A DNA stretch of 64,000 bases from Candidatus Eiseniibacteriota bacterium (GTDB lineage: Bacteria; Eisenbacteria; RBG-16-71-46; SZUA-252). The DNA lies in the NCBI GenBank assembly GCA_031370645.1, contig JANMQV010000152.1:16144-80143 (forward strand), given 5' to 3'. A program made the position numbers and the translations under genes. Under the pieces are notes generated by a model, which saw nothing but the letters and a program-made list of their open reading frames with translations, ran no database searches and had not been told where the DNA came from. This document shows positions 55,528 to 64,000 of the stretch, piece by piece. How positions within the stretch are numbered: position 1 is the stretch's first letter; each line of letters begins with the position of its first letter.

Positions 55528-57614
55528 TTCCGCGCGACCGAAATCGCCTTCGCGCGATCGCGCTCCTCGGGCTCGTGGCCTTCGCCGTGCTCTTCGCGCG
55601 TTTGGTTCAGATCCAGTTGGTCGGCCACGAGCGATACGCGCGCGACGCCCGCTCCCAGCAGACGCGTCGCGTCATCTTGGAGCCGGAGCGGGGAAGAATT
55701 TTCGACCGCCACCTCCGTCCGCTCGCGGAGAACGTCGACCTGAGCCAGATTTCGGTTCGTCCCGGCGAGATTCGGAACGCCGGCGCCGTGGGCGATTTCC
55801 TCCGGCAAACGACCGGCGCCCCGGGGCTCCGGAAGCTCAAACTGGGGCGCGCGAATCACCGCGTCTACGTCCGCATCGCCGCCCAGCTGAAGCCGGAGCA
55901 GGAACTCGCGCTGAAGACGACGAAACTCCCCGAGGGGATTCACGTCGAGCAGGTGCCGGGCCGCGTCTACCCGCTCGAGGACGTCGCCCGTTCGGTCCTG
56001 GGCGTCGTGGGGAATGAAGGGCACGGCCTCGAAGGGCTGGAGCAGGTCTTCGACCGCGAACTGCAAGGGAAGCCGGGCTGGGCCACGCTCTTCTCGGACG
56101 GTCGCGGAACGAACTACGAGTTGCCCCGAAGCATGGTGAAGCTGCCCGACTCGGGCGGAAGCCTCGTGACGACGATCGACCTCGATGCCCAGTCGGTGGC
56201 CGTCATGAAGCTCCGCGAAGCCGTGGCGCGGACCGGATCGAAGAGCGGCACGGCGGTCTTCGTCGATCCGAAGACGGGCGACATCCTGGCAATGGCAACG
56301 GTCGATGGCCCCGCGGCCGGGGGCGCTCCGAACCGAAACCGCGTCGTGGCCGACCAGTACGAGCCGGGTTCCACGTTCAAGATCCTCGCCGGCTGTGCCG
56401 CCATCGAGGAGAAGCTCTTCTCCGACCAGGAATCGATTTGGGTCTACCAGGGGAAGATCGACTTCGGCGGCTTCTCGATCCACGACTCCCATCCGGAGAC
56501 CGGGTGGTACACGCTTCGCCGCGCGACCTCGCACTCGAGCAACGTCGTCTACTCCCAGGTCGGAACGCGCGTGGGCGCGGAGCGGCTCTACCGCTACGCG
56601 CGGCTTTTCGGATTCGGACAACCGACGCGCGTACAGCTCCCGGGCGAAGCGCCGGGCGTGGTGCGCGAACCGTCGCGCTGGTCGAAGCGCTCCCTTGCGA
56701 CGATCTCGATCGGCCACGAGGTGCTCGTGACGCCACTCCAGGTGGTGATGGCCTACGCCGCCGTCGCGAATGGAGGGATGCTCCTTCGCCCCCGCATCGC
56801 GAGCGCGATCGTGGACGACGAAGGCGAGCTGATCCGCGAGGTGCCGGTGGAGCCGGTCCGGCGCGTGATCTCCGAAGCGACGGCGAGGAAGTTCCGCTCC
56901 TTCCTCCGCGAGGCGGTAACCGATGGGACGGCCGCCGAGGCGGCGCTCCCCTGGTGCGAGGTGGCGGGAAAGACGGGAACGGCGCAGAAGACGGTGGAAG
57001 GGACGAAGGGGTACGGCGCGGGGCGTTACATGGCCTCATTCGTCGGGATGGTGCCGGCCGACGATCCGAAGGTGGTCGGGCTCGTCGTCCTCGACGAACC
57101 GCGCGGCGCCTATTACGGCGGCGAAATCGCCGCACCGGTGTTCCGAGAAATCATCGCGGCTTGGGCGGTGCAGGGGCGCGGGCCGTTGACGATGCCGACT
57201 TCGGAGTTGGTGCGCGCGGACGAACCGCCCTCCTCCTCCGAGCGCGTTCCCGACGTCCGCCTTCTGGCGCCGGGCCGCGCGCGCGAGCTCTTGGGGCGCG
57301 GTGGATTCGATGTACGCGTGACCGGCGACGGCGCGCGAGTCCTGGCGCAGGATCCGGCGCCGGGCGAAGCCGCAAGGAGGGGCGCGACGGTTTCGCTCAC
57401 GCTCGCCTCGGCGACGGAGACGGGTGAGGTCGTGATGCCCGACCTCCGCGGGCTCTCGGTGCGGGAGGCCATCACGCAATTGCGCGCGCTGGCCATTCCC
57501 GTCGGGCGCGTGCGGGGATCGTCGGGACGGGTGGTGGAGCAGTCTCCCGAGCCGGGGCGGGTCGTGCGCCGCGAGACGCGAGCCGTCTTGACGCTCGAGC
57601 CGCGGGGCGCGTGA
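55524..57614 (+). CDS. ftsI: peptidoglycan D,D-transpeptidase FtsI (class B PBP) with C-terminal PASTA domains
   Basis: PBP dimerisation domain, transpeptidase motifs STFK, SHSSN and KTGTA, then two PASTA-like repeats (LAPGRARELLGRGGFDVRVTGDG..., MPDLRGLSVREAITQLRALAIPVGRVRG...). Confidence 0.9.
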   Translation: MIPRDRNRLRAIALLGLVAFAVLFARLVQIQLVGHERYARDARSQQTRRVILEPERGRIFDRHLRPLAENVDLSQISVRPGEIRNAGAVGDFLRQTTGAPGLRKLKLGRANHRVYVRIAAQLKPEQELALKTTKLPEGIHVEQVPGRVYPLEDVARSVLGVVGNEGHGLEGLEQVFDRELQGKPGWATLFSDGRGTNYELPRSMVKLPDSGGSLVTTIDLDAQSVAVMKLREAVARTGSKSGTAVFVDPKTGDILAMATVDGPAAGGAPNRNRVVADQYEPGSTFKILAGCAAIEEKLFSDQESIWVYQGKIDFGGFSIHDSHPETGWYTLRRATSHSSNVVYSQVGTRVGAERLYRYARLFGFGQPTRVQLPGEAPGVVREPSRWSKRSLATISIGHEVLVTPLQVVMAYAAVANGGMLLRPRIASAIVDDEGELIREVPVEPVRRVISEATARKFRSFLREAVTDGTAAEAALPWCEVAGKTGTAQKTVEGTKGYGAGRYMASFVGMVPADDPKVVGLVVLDEPRGAYYGGEIAAPVFREIIAAWAVQGRGPLTMPTSELVRADEPPSSSERVPDVRLLAPGRARELLGRGGFDVRVTGDGARVLAQDPAPGEAARRGATVSLTLASATETGEVVMPDLRGLSVREAITQLRALAIPVGRVRGSSGRVVEQSPEPGRVVRRETRAVLTLEPRGA

Positions 57615-59110
57615 TCGGCGCCATCGCACGTGAAGCGGCCGCCGTGCCGCGGATCCTGAACGCGCTCGAGACGCGCGGGGCCGCCACGGGAACGTGGGCC
57701 CGCGTGCAGTACGATTCCCGCGCGGTGGGCGCGGGGGATCTCTTCGTCGCCATTCCCGGAGCGAAAGCCGACGGACACGGCTATCTCGGCGCGGCGCACG
57801 CGAAGGGTGCGCTCCTCGCCGTCGTGGAGCGAATCGTTCCCGGCGAGCCGATTCCGCAAGTAAGGGTCGCGAGCGCGCGGCGGGCGCTGGCGCTCCTGGC
57901 TGGAGAAGAGACGGAACACGCCTCGCGCGAACTGACCATGATCGGCGTGACGGGGACGAACGGAAAGACGACCACGACGCACCTGGTGCGCGCGGTGCTC
58001 GAGCGGCACGGCGAGCGGGTCGGTGTCATCGGCACGGTCGGGTACGAATTCGCAGGCGAGCGCCACGACGCCGCCCACACGACGCCCGAGGCGCCCGAGC
58101 TGGCGCGTCTTCTTCGCACGTGGCGCGACCACGGCGCCGACGCGGTGGCGATGGAGGTTTCGTCGCACGCGCTGGCGCTCGATCGCTCCTATGGGATCGC
58201 ATTCGACGCGGGGGTCTTCACCAACTTGACGCAGGACCATCTCGACTTCCACGGGACGCTGGAGGTGTATCGCGACGCGAAAGCGCGGCTCTTCCGCCCC
58301 GATACGCGCGGCGATCGCACGAAGCCGTTCGTCGGCGTGGTGAACGGCGACGACCCGGCCGGACTCTGGATCAAGGAGCACGGCAAAGGAAAATTTCTCA
58401 CATTTGGGCGCGGCGCAGCGGCGGAGGTTGCGGCCACGGACGTGCAGCTTGATCCGTCAGGCACGAGACTACGGATTCGGCACCCGCGCGGTACCGAAAC
58501 GGTCGCCCTCCGCCTGCGCGGCGCCTTCAATGTGATGAACGCCCTCGCGGCGTTCGGTGCCTGCTACGTGCTCGGCGTTCCGCCCGCCGAAATCGCCGAG
58601 GGTCTCGGCGAATTGGCGCGCGTGCCGGGGCGACTCGATCCGGTCGATGCGGGGCAGCCGTTTCAGGTCTTCGTCGACTACGCCCACACGCCCGACGCGC
58701 TCGAACGCGCGCTGGAAGCCGTTCGCGCCCTGGGGCCGAAGCGACTTCGTTGTGTCTTCGGCTGCGGCGGCGATCGCGATCGCGGGAAGCGCCCTCTCAT
58801 GGGCGAGGCGGCGGCGCGTCTGGCGGACGACGTGATCGTGACCTCCGACAATCCGCGGAGCGAGGCGCCGGAGGCGATCGTCGCGGAGATACTCGCCGGC
58901 GCCGGCGCGGCGGGAGGTTCGAAGGTCCGCGCGATGATCGATCGATCCGAGGCGATCCACGCCGCGGTGGCGGCGTGCGAGCCGGGCGACGCCCTCCTGA
59001 TCGCGGGGAAGGGGCACGAGACGTATCAGATTCTCGCCGACCGGACGATCGACTTCGACGATCGTGCGGTCGCGCGCGACGCACTTCGCCTTCGAGGATT
59101 CAAGGCGTGA
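57611..59110 (+). CDS. murE: UDP-N-acetylmuramoyl-L-alanyl-D-glutamate--2,6-diaminopimelate ligase
   Basis: GVTGTNGKTTTT P-loop, Mur ligase middle and C-terminal domains, and the DNPR motif (TSDNPRSE) characteristic of meso-DAP-adding MurE. Confidence 0.9.
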   Translation: MIGAIAREAAAVPRILNALETRGAATGTWARVQYDSRAVGAGDLFVAIPGAKADGHGYLGAAHAKGALLAVVERIVPGEPIPQVRVASARRALALLAGEETEHASRELTMIGVTGTNGKTTTTHLVRAVLERHGERVGVIGTVGYEFAGERHDAAHTTPEAPELARLLRTWRDHGADAVAMEVSSHALALDRSYGIAFDAGVFTNLTQDHLDFHGTLEVYRDAKARLFRPDTRGDRTKPFVGVVNGDDPAGLWIKEHGKGKFLTFGRGAAAEVAATDVQLDPSGTRLRIRHPRGTETVALRLRGAFNVMNALAAFGACYVLGVPPAEIAEGLGELARVPGRLDPVDAGQPFQVFVDYAHTPDALERALEAVRALGPKRLRCVFGCGGDRDRGKRPLMGEAAARLADDVIVTSDNPRSEAPEAIVAEILAGAGAAGGSKVRAMIDRSEAIHAAVAACEPGDALLIAGKGHETYQILADRTIDFDDRAVARDALRLRGFKA

Positions 59111-60579
59111 CGCCGGCTCCGAGGGCCGGTGCGACCACGCGGACGCCGAGCCCCTGGCTCTCGCTCGCGGATGTCGCTCGCGTCACGGGAGGAACGCTGG
59201 TCGTTCCCGCGAGCGCCAAGGCGGCTGCAGCCTTCGCGGAGGCGGCGATCGATAGCCGTACCCTCCTCGGTGGGGAGCTCTTCGTGCCGCTTCCGGGCGC
59301 CAACAGCGACGGCCACGCGTTCGTCGCCGCGGCGCTCGATGCGGGCGCGGCGGGGAGCCTGGTGCGGAGCGACTGGACCGTCCCCGCCGAGATCGCGCGG
59401 CGCGGAAAGCCAGTGATCGCGGTCCCCGATCCGCTCGTCGCGCTCCAGACGCTCGCGCGTCACTGCCGCGACCGTGCCGGGATTCCCGTCGTGGCGGTGA
59501 CCGGATCGAACGGCAAGACGACGACGAAGGAGATGATCGCGGCCGTGCTCGGCTCGCGGCTTCGCGTGCACAAGAACGTGGGGAACTGGAACAACCAGAT
59601 CGGATTGCCGCTGACGATGACACGGCTTCGCCCCGAGCACCAGGTGATGACGCTGGAACTGGCCATGCGCGCCCGGGGGGAGATTGCCGAACTCGCGCGA
59701 ATCTGCCGTCCCGATGTCGGCGTGCTCACGGTGGCGGCGGAGGCGCACTTGGAGCGGCTTGGATCGCTCGATGCGATCGCCCAGGCGAAAAGCGAACTTG
59801 CCGCGGCCATTCCGGCCGACGGTCTTCTCGTCTTGAACGCCGACGACGCGAGGCTCTGGGCGATGAACCGGAAGCGCTCCGTGCCGATCCGCTCGTACGC
59901 GACGGAGAATCCCGAAGCCGATCTCAAGCCGACGAGCGTCAGCGTGACGACCGAAGGGGGAACGCGTTTCGCGCTCCCCGACGGCACGGAGTTCTCGCTC
60001 TCGCTCCTCGGCCGCCACAACGTGCGAAACGCGCTCGCCGCCATTCTGGTGGGAGAGCGCTTCGGCGTCACGCACGCGGCCGCGGCCTTAGCACTCCGCG
60101 CCATGCCGGCACCGGCGCACCGCCTCGAGTTGCTTCAGTCGGGCGGCGTGTCGGTGCTGGACGATTGTTACAACGCGAACCCCGCGTCGATGGGCGAAGC
60201 ACTCTGGCTCCTCGGCGCCATCGAGACGCGGGGCGCGCGGCGCGCGGTGCTCGGCGACATGCTCGAACTCGGGCGCGAGGCGGAATCGTTTCACGAAGCG
60301 ATCGGACGGCGCGTTCCCGCCGCCGCGTGGCTTTACGTGGCGGGCGCGTTCTCCGAGGCGGTGGCGCGCGGCGCCGCGGCCGCGGGTGTCGAGGCCACGC
60401 GTCTCCGCCGCTTCGACGACGTGGATGCCATGGCCGCCGCCGTGCGCGCGGACGTGAAGCCGGGAGACCTGGTGTTGGTGAAGGGATCACGCGGGATGCG
60501 GCTCGAGCGGGTCGTCGACGCGCTCGTGCCGGGGCGCGCGGGGAACGCGGCCGCTTTGGCGGCGGCGGGGAAGGAGTAG
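59107..60579 (+). CDS. murF: UDP-N-acetylmuramoyl-tripeptide--D-alanyl-D-alanine ligase
   Basis: AVTGSNGKTTTKEM P-loop and the MurF family C-terminal domain. GTG start overlaps the murE stop. Confidence 0.9.
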   Translation: MTPAPRAGATTRTPSPWLSLADVARVTGGTLVVPASAKAAAAFAEAAIDSRTLLGGELFVPLPGANSDGHAFVAAALDAGAAGSLVRSDWTVPAEIARRGKPVIAVPDPLVALQTLARHCRDRAGIPVVAVTGSNGKTTTKEMIAAVLGSRLRVHKNVGNWNNQIGLPLTMTRLRPEHQVMTLELAMRARGEIAELARICRPDVGVLTVAAEAHLERLGSLDAIAQAKSELAAAIPADGLLVLNADDARLWAMNRKRSVPIRSYATENPEADLKPTSVSVTTEGGTRFALPDGTEFSLSLLGRHNVRNALAAILVGERFGVTHAAAALALRAMPAPAHRLELLQSGGVSVLDDCYNANPASMGEALWLLGAIETRGARRAVLGDMLELGREAESFHEAIGRRVPAAAWLYVAGAFSEAVARGAAAAGVEATRLRRFDDVDAMAAAVRADVKPGDLVLVKGSRGMRLERVVDALVPGRAGNAAALAAAGKE

Positions 60580-60582
60580 CCG

Positions 60583-61671
60583 GTGCTCTATCACCTCCTC
60601 TATCCGCTCCACGAACAGTTCCCGGCGCTGAATGTCTTCCGATACATCACGTTTCGCTCCGCCTACGCCATGGCCACCGCGCTCCTCCTGGCGCTCGTTT
60701 TCGGCCCGGTCGTGATCCGGAAGCTGAAGGCGCTGAAGATCGGGCAGATGATTCGCGAGGAAGGCCCCCAGTCGCACTACGACAAGGCGGGCACCCCCAC
60801 GATGGGCGGGATCTTGATCGTCATCGCCATCGCGGTGAGCACGCTTCTCTGGGGAAATCTCGAGAATCGTCTCGTCTGGGTCGCCCTCATCGCGACGCTC
60901 TTCATGGGCGCCGTCGGCTTCCTGGACGACTGGCTTCGCGTGGTGAAGCACCTTCGGAAGGGACTACTCGGCCGCTACAAATTGGCGGGCCAAATCGCGC
61001 TCGGAATCGGTGTGTTCCTGGCGGTCTTCCTCTATCCGTCCGGCGGGCTCCTCGACCCGAGCGAGACGAACGTTCCCTTCCTCAAGCGGACCTTCCTCGA
61101 CTTCGGCTGGCTCTACCTGCCGTTCGTGGTGCTCGTCATCACCGGCTCCTCGAACGCCGTGAATCTCGCCGACGGGCTCGACGGCCTCGCCGCCGGCATG
61201 ACCGCGTTCGCCGCCGTGGCTCTCGGCGGCATGTGCTACATCACGGGGCACGTGAAGTTCTCGCAGTACCTCCAGGTGGCCTACATCCCCGGCGCCGGTG
61301 AGCTGACCGTCTTCTGCGCGGCGGTGCTCGGTGCGACGCTCGGCTTCCTGTGGTGGAATTGCCACCCGGCCGACGTCTTCATGGGCGACACCGGTTCGCT
61401 CTCGCTCGGCGCCGCGCTCGGCACGGTGGCGGTCCTGATCAAGCGCGAGTTCCTCCTCGCCATCGTCGGCGCCGTTTTCGTCCTCGAGGCCCTTTCGGTA
61501 ATGGCGCAGGTCTTGTCGTTCAAGCTCTGGGGAAAGCGGATCCTCCGCATGTCGCCCCTTCATCACCATTTCGAACTCTCCGGCTGGAAGGAGACGCGCG
61601 TCGTGGTCCGCTTCTGGATCGCCGCCGCGCTCTTCGCGCTCGTCGGATTGAGCACGTTGAAACTTCAATGA
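60583..61671 (+). CDS. mraY: phospho-N-acetylmuramoyl-pentapeptide-transferase
   Basis: Ten-TM MraY with DD and DNxxNxxDGxDGL (NAVNLADGLDGLAAG) and FMGDTGSL motifs. Confidence 0.95.
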   Translation: MLYHLLYPLHEQFPALNVFRYITFRSAYAMATALLLALVFGPVVIRKLKALKIGQMIREEGPQSHYDKAGTPTMGGILIVIAIAVSTLLWGNLENRLVWVALIATLFMGAVGFLDDWLRVVKHLRKGLLGRYKLAGQIALGIGVFLAVFLYPSGGLLDPSETNVPFLKRTFLDFGWLYLPFVVLVITGSSNAVNLADGLDGLAAGMTAFAAVALGGMCYITGHVKFSQYLQVAYIPGAGELTVFCAAVLGATLGFLWWNCHPADVFMGDTGSLSLGAALGTVAVLIKREFLLAIVGAVFVLEALSVMAQVLSFKLWGKRILRMSPLHHHFELSGWKETRVVVRFWIAAALFALVGLSTLKLQ

Positions 61672-63050
61672 CCGAGCGTCCCTTCTTCGCCGGGGCGAAG
61701 GCCCTGATCGTCGGCGCCGCGCGAAGCGGTGTGGCGGCGGCGAAGCTGATCGTTCGCCACGGCGGCCAGGTACGTCTGGTCGACCGCCGAGCGGCCGGAG
61801 AGCTGGCCGCCACCGTCCGCGATTTGGAGGCGCTCGGCGTGGAACTCCGCTTCGGCGCCACGGACACGAGCGCGCTCGAAGGGCGCGACCTGGTCGTCGT
61901 GAGCCCCGGCGTGCCGCTCGATCTGCCGCTCTTCCGCGAGGCCGAACGCCGCGGCATCCCGGTCGTCGCGGAGCTCGAGCTGGGGCACGCGGTCGCGAAG
62001 GCGCCGATCGTCGCGGTAACCGGGACGAACGGAAAGAGCACCACGGTGGAACTCCTCGGCGCCATGGGTCGCGCCGCCGGCAGGGCGACCGAAGTGCTCG
62101 GAAACATCGGCACCGCGCTCTCCGAGCGGGCGGAAGAAGTCCCCGCCGAGGGACTCCTCGTCGTCGAGGTCTCGTCATTCCAACTCGAGACCTGCACGCG
62201 ATTCCGTCCCCGCGTCGGCGTGATCCTGAACGTGACGCCCGACCATCTCGACCGCCATGGGTCGATCGAGCGCTATGCGGCGTTGAAGGCGCGCCTCTTC
62301 GAGCGGCAGGATGAGAGCGATTTCCGCGTCCAGCCGCTCGGCGAGGCCCGCATCACGGCCCTTCTTCGCCCCATGCGCTCGCGCCCGCTCTGGTTCGGCG
62401 TCGCCGATCCGACGGGCGATGGAGTCTGGTTGGAAGGCGACTCGCTCCAGTGGCGTTTCGGAAGGAACCACGGCACGTTCCTCCGCCGTGAAGAGGTACC
62501 GCTTCCCGGGCCGCACAACACCGAGAACATGACCGCGGCCGCGGCCGCGGCACTCGCCGTCGGGATCGCGCCGGCCGCGATCGCGAAGGCGCTCCGCGAG
62601 TTCAAGGGACTGCCGCACCGGCTCACGCTCGTCGCCACAATCGACGGGGTGCGTTACGTCAACGATTCCAAGGCCACAAACGTCGATGCGATGCGCCGCG
62701 CGCTCGAGTCGTACGACGCGCCGATCGTGCTGATCGCGGGGGGACGGGACAAGGACGGGGACTTCGCGGCGGTCGCGCCGCTGGTTCTCGAGCGAGTTCG
62801 CCATCTCGTCACGTTGGGTGAAGCGGCCGAGAAACTCGAAGGCGCCTGGCCACAGGTGCCGACGACACGGGCCGCGACGCTCGAAGGGGCGGTGGCGTCC
62901 GCGCGGTCCCACGCGACCCCAGGAGGGGTCGTCCTCCTCTCTCCCGGCTGTGCATCGTACGACATGTTCCGGAATTTCGAGGACCGCGGGGCGCGGTTCG
63001 AGGCGGCCGTGCACACCCTGGAGCGCGAGCGCGCGGGAGCGGGACGATGA
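61668..63050 (+). CDS. murD: UDP-N-acetylmuramoylalanine--D-glutamate ligase
   Basis: N-terminal Rossmann domain (LIVGAARSGVAAAKL), AVTGTNGKSTT P-loop, MurD C-terminal domain. Confidence 0.92.
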   Translation: MTERPFFAGAKALIVGAARSGVAAAKLIVRHGGQVRLVDRRAAGELAATVRDLEALGVELRFGATDTSALEGRDLVVVSPGVPLDLPLFREAERRGIPVVAELELGHAVAKAPIVAVTGTNGKSTTVELLGAMGRAAGRATEVLGNIGTALSERAEEVPAEGLLVVEVSSFQLETCTRFRPRVGVILNVTPDHLDRHGSIERYAALKARLFERQDESDFRVQPLGEARITALLRPMRSRPLWFGVADPTGDGVWLEGDSLQWRFGRNHGTFLRREEVPLPGPHNTENMTAAAAAALAVGIAPAAIAKALREFKGLPHRLTLVATIDGVRYVNDSKATNVDAMRRALESYDAPIVLIAGGRDKDGDFAAVAPLVLERVRHLVTLGEAAEKLEGAWPQVPTTRAATLEGAVASARSHATPGGVVLLSPGCASYDMFRNFEDRGARFEAAVHTLERERAGAGR

Positions 63051-64000
63051 ACGTCGCTGTCGGCTCCACGCGCCGATTCGACTGGGCGCTCGTCGCCCCC
63101 GTCGCGTGTCTCGTGGCGCTCGGCGTCGTCATGGTCTACTCCTCGAGCGCGTTTCTCGGGGCGACCCGCTACGATTCGGCTACTTACTTCCTGCAGCGCC
63201 ACGCCGTCCGCGTGATTCTCGGCGTGGGGCTCCTGGCCGTTCTCATGCGGATCGACTACCACCGCCTCCAGCGGCTCGCTCCCTGGGCGCTCGGCGGGAG
63301 CGTCGTCCTGCTCGGCGTCCTCATCGCGCTCGGCGGCGAAGGGGTGCGCGGCGCGAACCGCTGGCTCTCGGTCGCCACCTTTACCATGCAGCCCACCGAG
63401 TTGGCGCGCGTGGCCTGCGTGATCTATCTGGCGCACCTTCTCGACAAGAAGGGGAACCGCATCGCGTCATTCCGCGACGGCATCCTCCCCGCCTGCATGG
63501 TGCTCGGGCTCCTCGCGCTCCTCATCTTGAAACAGCCGAACCTCGGGAGCACGATCGCGCTCCTCTCGACCGGCTTCGCGCTCCTCTATCTCGCGGGCGC
63601 GAAGCGCCGACACTTGGCGCTCCTCGTGCTGGCGGGCGTCCTCGTCGCCTCGCTCGCCGTGCTCCGGAACCCCTACATGATGGATCGCGTCGTCGCCTGG
63701 CAGGCGCAGTGGGGCTCAGGACATGCCGATGCCCTCGGCAAGAACTGGCAGGTATCGCAGTCGATCCTGGCGCTCGGATCGGGCGGCGTCTTCGGCGCGG
63801 GAGCGGGGCACGGGCTTCAAAAAGTATTCTTCCTCCCCGATCCGCACACCGACTTCATCTACGCGGTGGTCGGCGAGGAACTCGGGCTTCTTGGAACGGC
63901 GGGCGTGCTCTTGGCCTACGTGGCGCTCTTCCTCCGCGGGCTCAAGGTGGCGGCGAACGCGCCGGATCGCTTCGGGCGCTATCTCGCGGCCGGTCTCACC
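63047..64000 (+). CDS. ftsW: peptidoglycan glycosyltransferase FtsW (SEDS family; 3' end outside the window)
   Basis: SEDS-family multi-TM protein in the canonical position after murD. ATG overlaps the murD stop. The ORF runs to the window edge. Confidence 0.85.
   Translation, partial: MNVAVGSTRRFDWALVAPVACLVALGVVMVYSSSAFLGATRYDSATYFLQRHAVRVILGVGLLAVLMRIDYHRLQRLAPWALGGSVVLLGVLIALGGEGVRGANRWLSVATFTMQPTELARVACVIYLAHLLDKKGNRIASFRDGILPACMVLGLLALLILKQPNLGSTIALLSTGFALLYLAGAKRRHLALLVLAGVLVASLAVLRNPYMMDRVVAWQAQWGSGHADALGKNWQVSQSILALGSGGVFGAGAGHGLQKVFFLPDPHTDFIYAVVGEELGLLGTAGVLLAYVALFLRGLKVAANAPDRFGRYLAAGLT

Noticed and set aside
1-64000. tRNA/rRNA genes, CRISPR arrays, IS elements, integrases and toxin-antitoxin or other defence modules
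   Set aside because: No GGTTCGAATCC-type T-arm motifs in intergenic regions, no repeat-spacer periodicity, and no transposase or integrase motifs (DDE, tyrosine recombinase R..HxxR..Y) were seen. The window looks like core chromosome plus a glycosylation island.

Overview
A 64 kb, roughly 70% GC bacterial chromosomal segment, coded almost entirely on the + strand with many 4-nt ATGA/GTGA start-stop overlaps. The host looks like a diderm, possibly from the FCB superphylum (Gemmatimonadota-like). The evidence is an outer-membrane beta-barrel gene, two T9SS-type C-terminal sorting domains, and the bacillithiol genes bshC and bshA.

Gene order:
- End of the nuo operon (nuoF partial, nuoG), then adenosine deaminase.
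- An O-methyltransferase and an MBL-fold hydrolase.
- bshC-bshA.
- Two minus-strand envelope proteins.
- A URO-D-family protein, the nfeD-SPFH pair, lpd and lipA.
- mgtE on the minus strand.
- A decayed NtrC/Fis-type response-regulator remnant.
- A 1002-aa SurA/parvulin-type chaperone, radC, a TPR lipoprotein and a 924-aa T9SS-CTD protein.
- An FMN riboswitch with terminator in front of ribD-ribE-ribBA-ribH-nusB.
- A roughly 23 kb glycosylation locus (30.2-53.0 kb).
- A sigma70-like promoter with GTGGG repeats, then the dcw cluster mraZ-[STAS protein]-rsmH-ftsL-ftsI(PASTA)-murE-murF-mraY-murD-ftsW(partial).

The glycosylation locus is the main candidate for something new. It has no Wzx/Wzy/Wza/Wzc genes and no intact initiating phosphoglycosyltransferase. 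It does have two polyprenol-phosphate-sugar synthase-type GT2s (GtrB/Dpm1-like), two large GT-C-type membrane proteins (a DUF2723/TMEM260-like protein with C-terminal TPR repeats, and a YfhO-like protein), a flippase-like LPG-synthase-TM protein, many GT4/GT2 enzymes, a FemAB-like acyltransferase and a T9SS-sorted beta-propeller protein. That fits a GtrABC/CsbB-YfhO-style periplasmic glycosylation system, possibly protein O-mannosylation-like, acting on surface or T9SS cargo.

No tRNA/rRNA genes, CRISPR arrays, transposases or integrases were seen. Most long antisense or alternative-frame ORFs in the six-frame track are treated as GC-driven artefacts.
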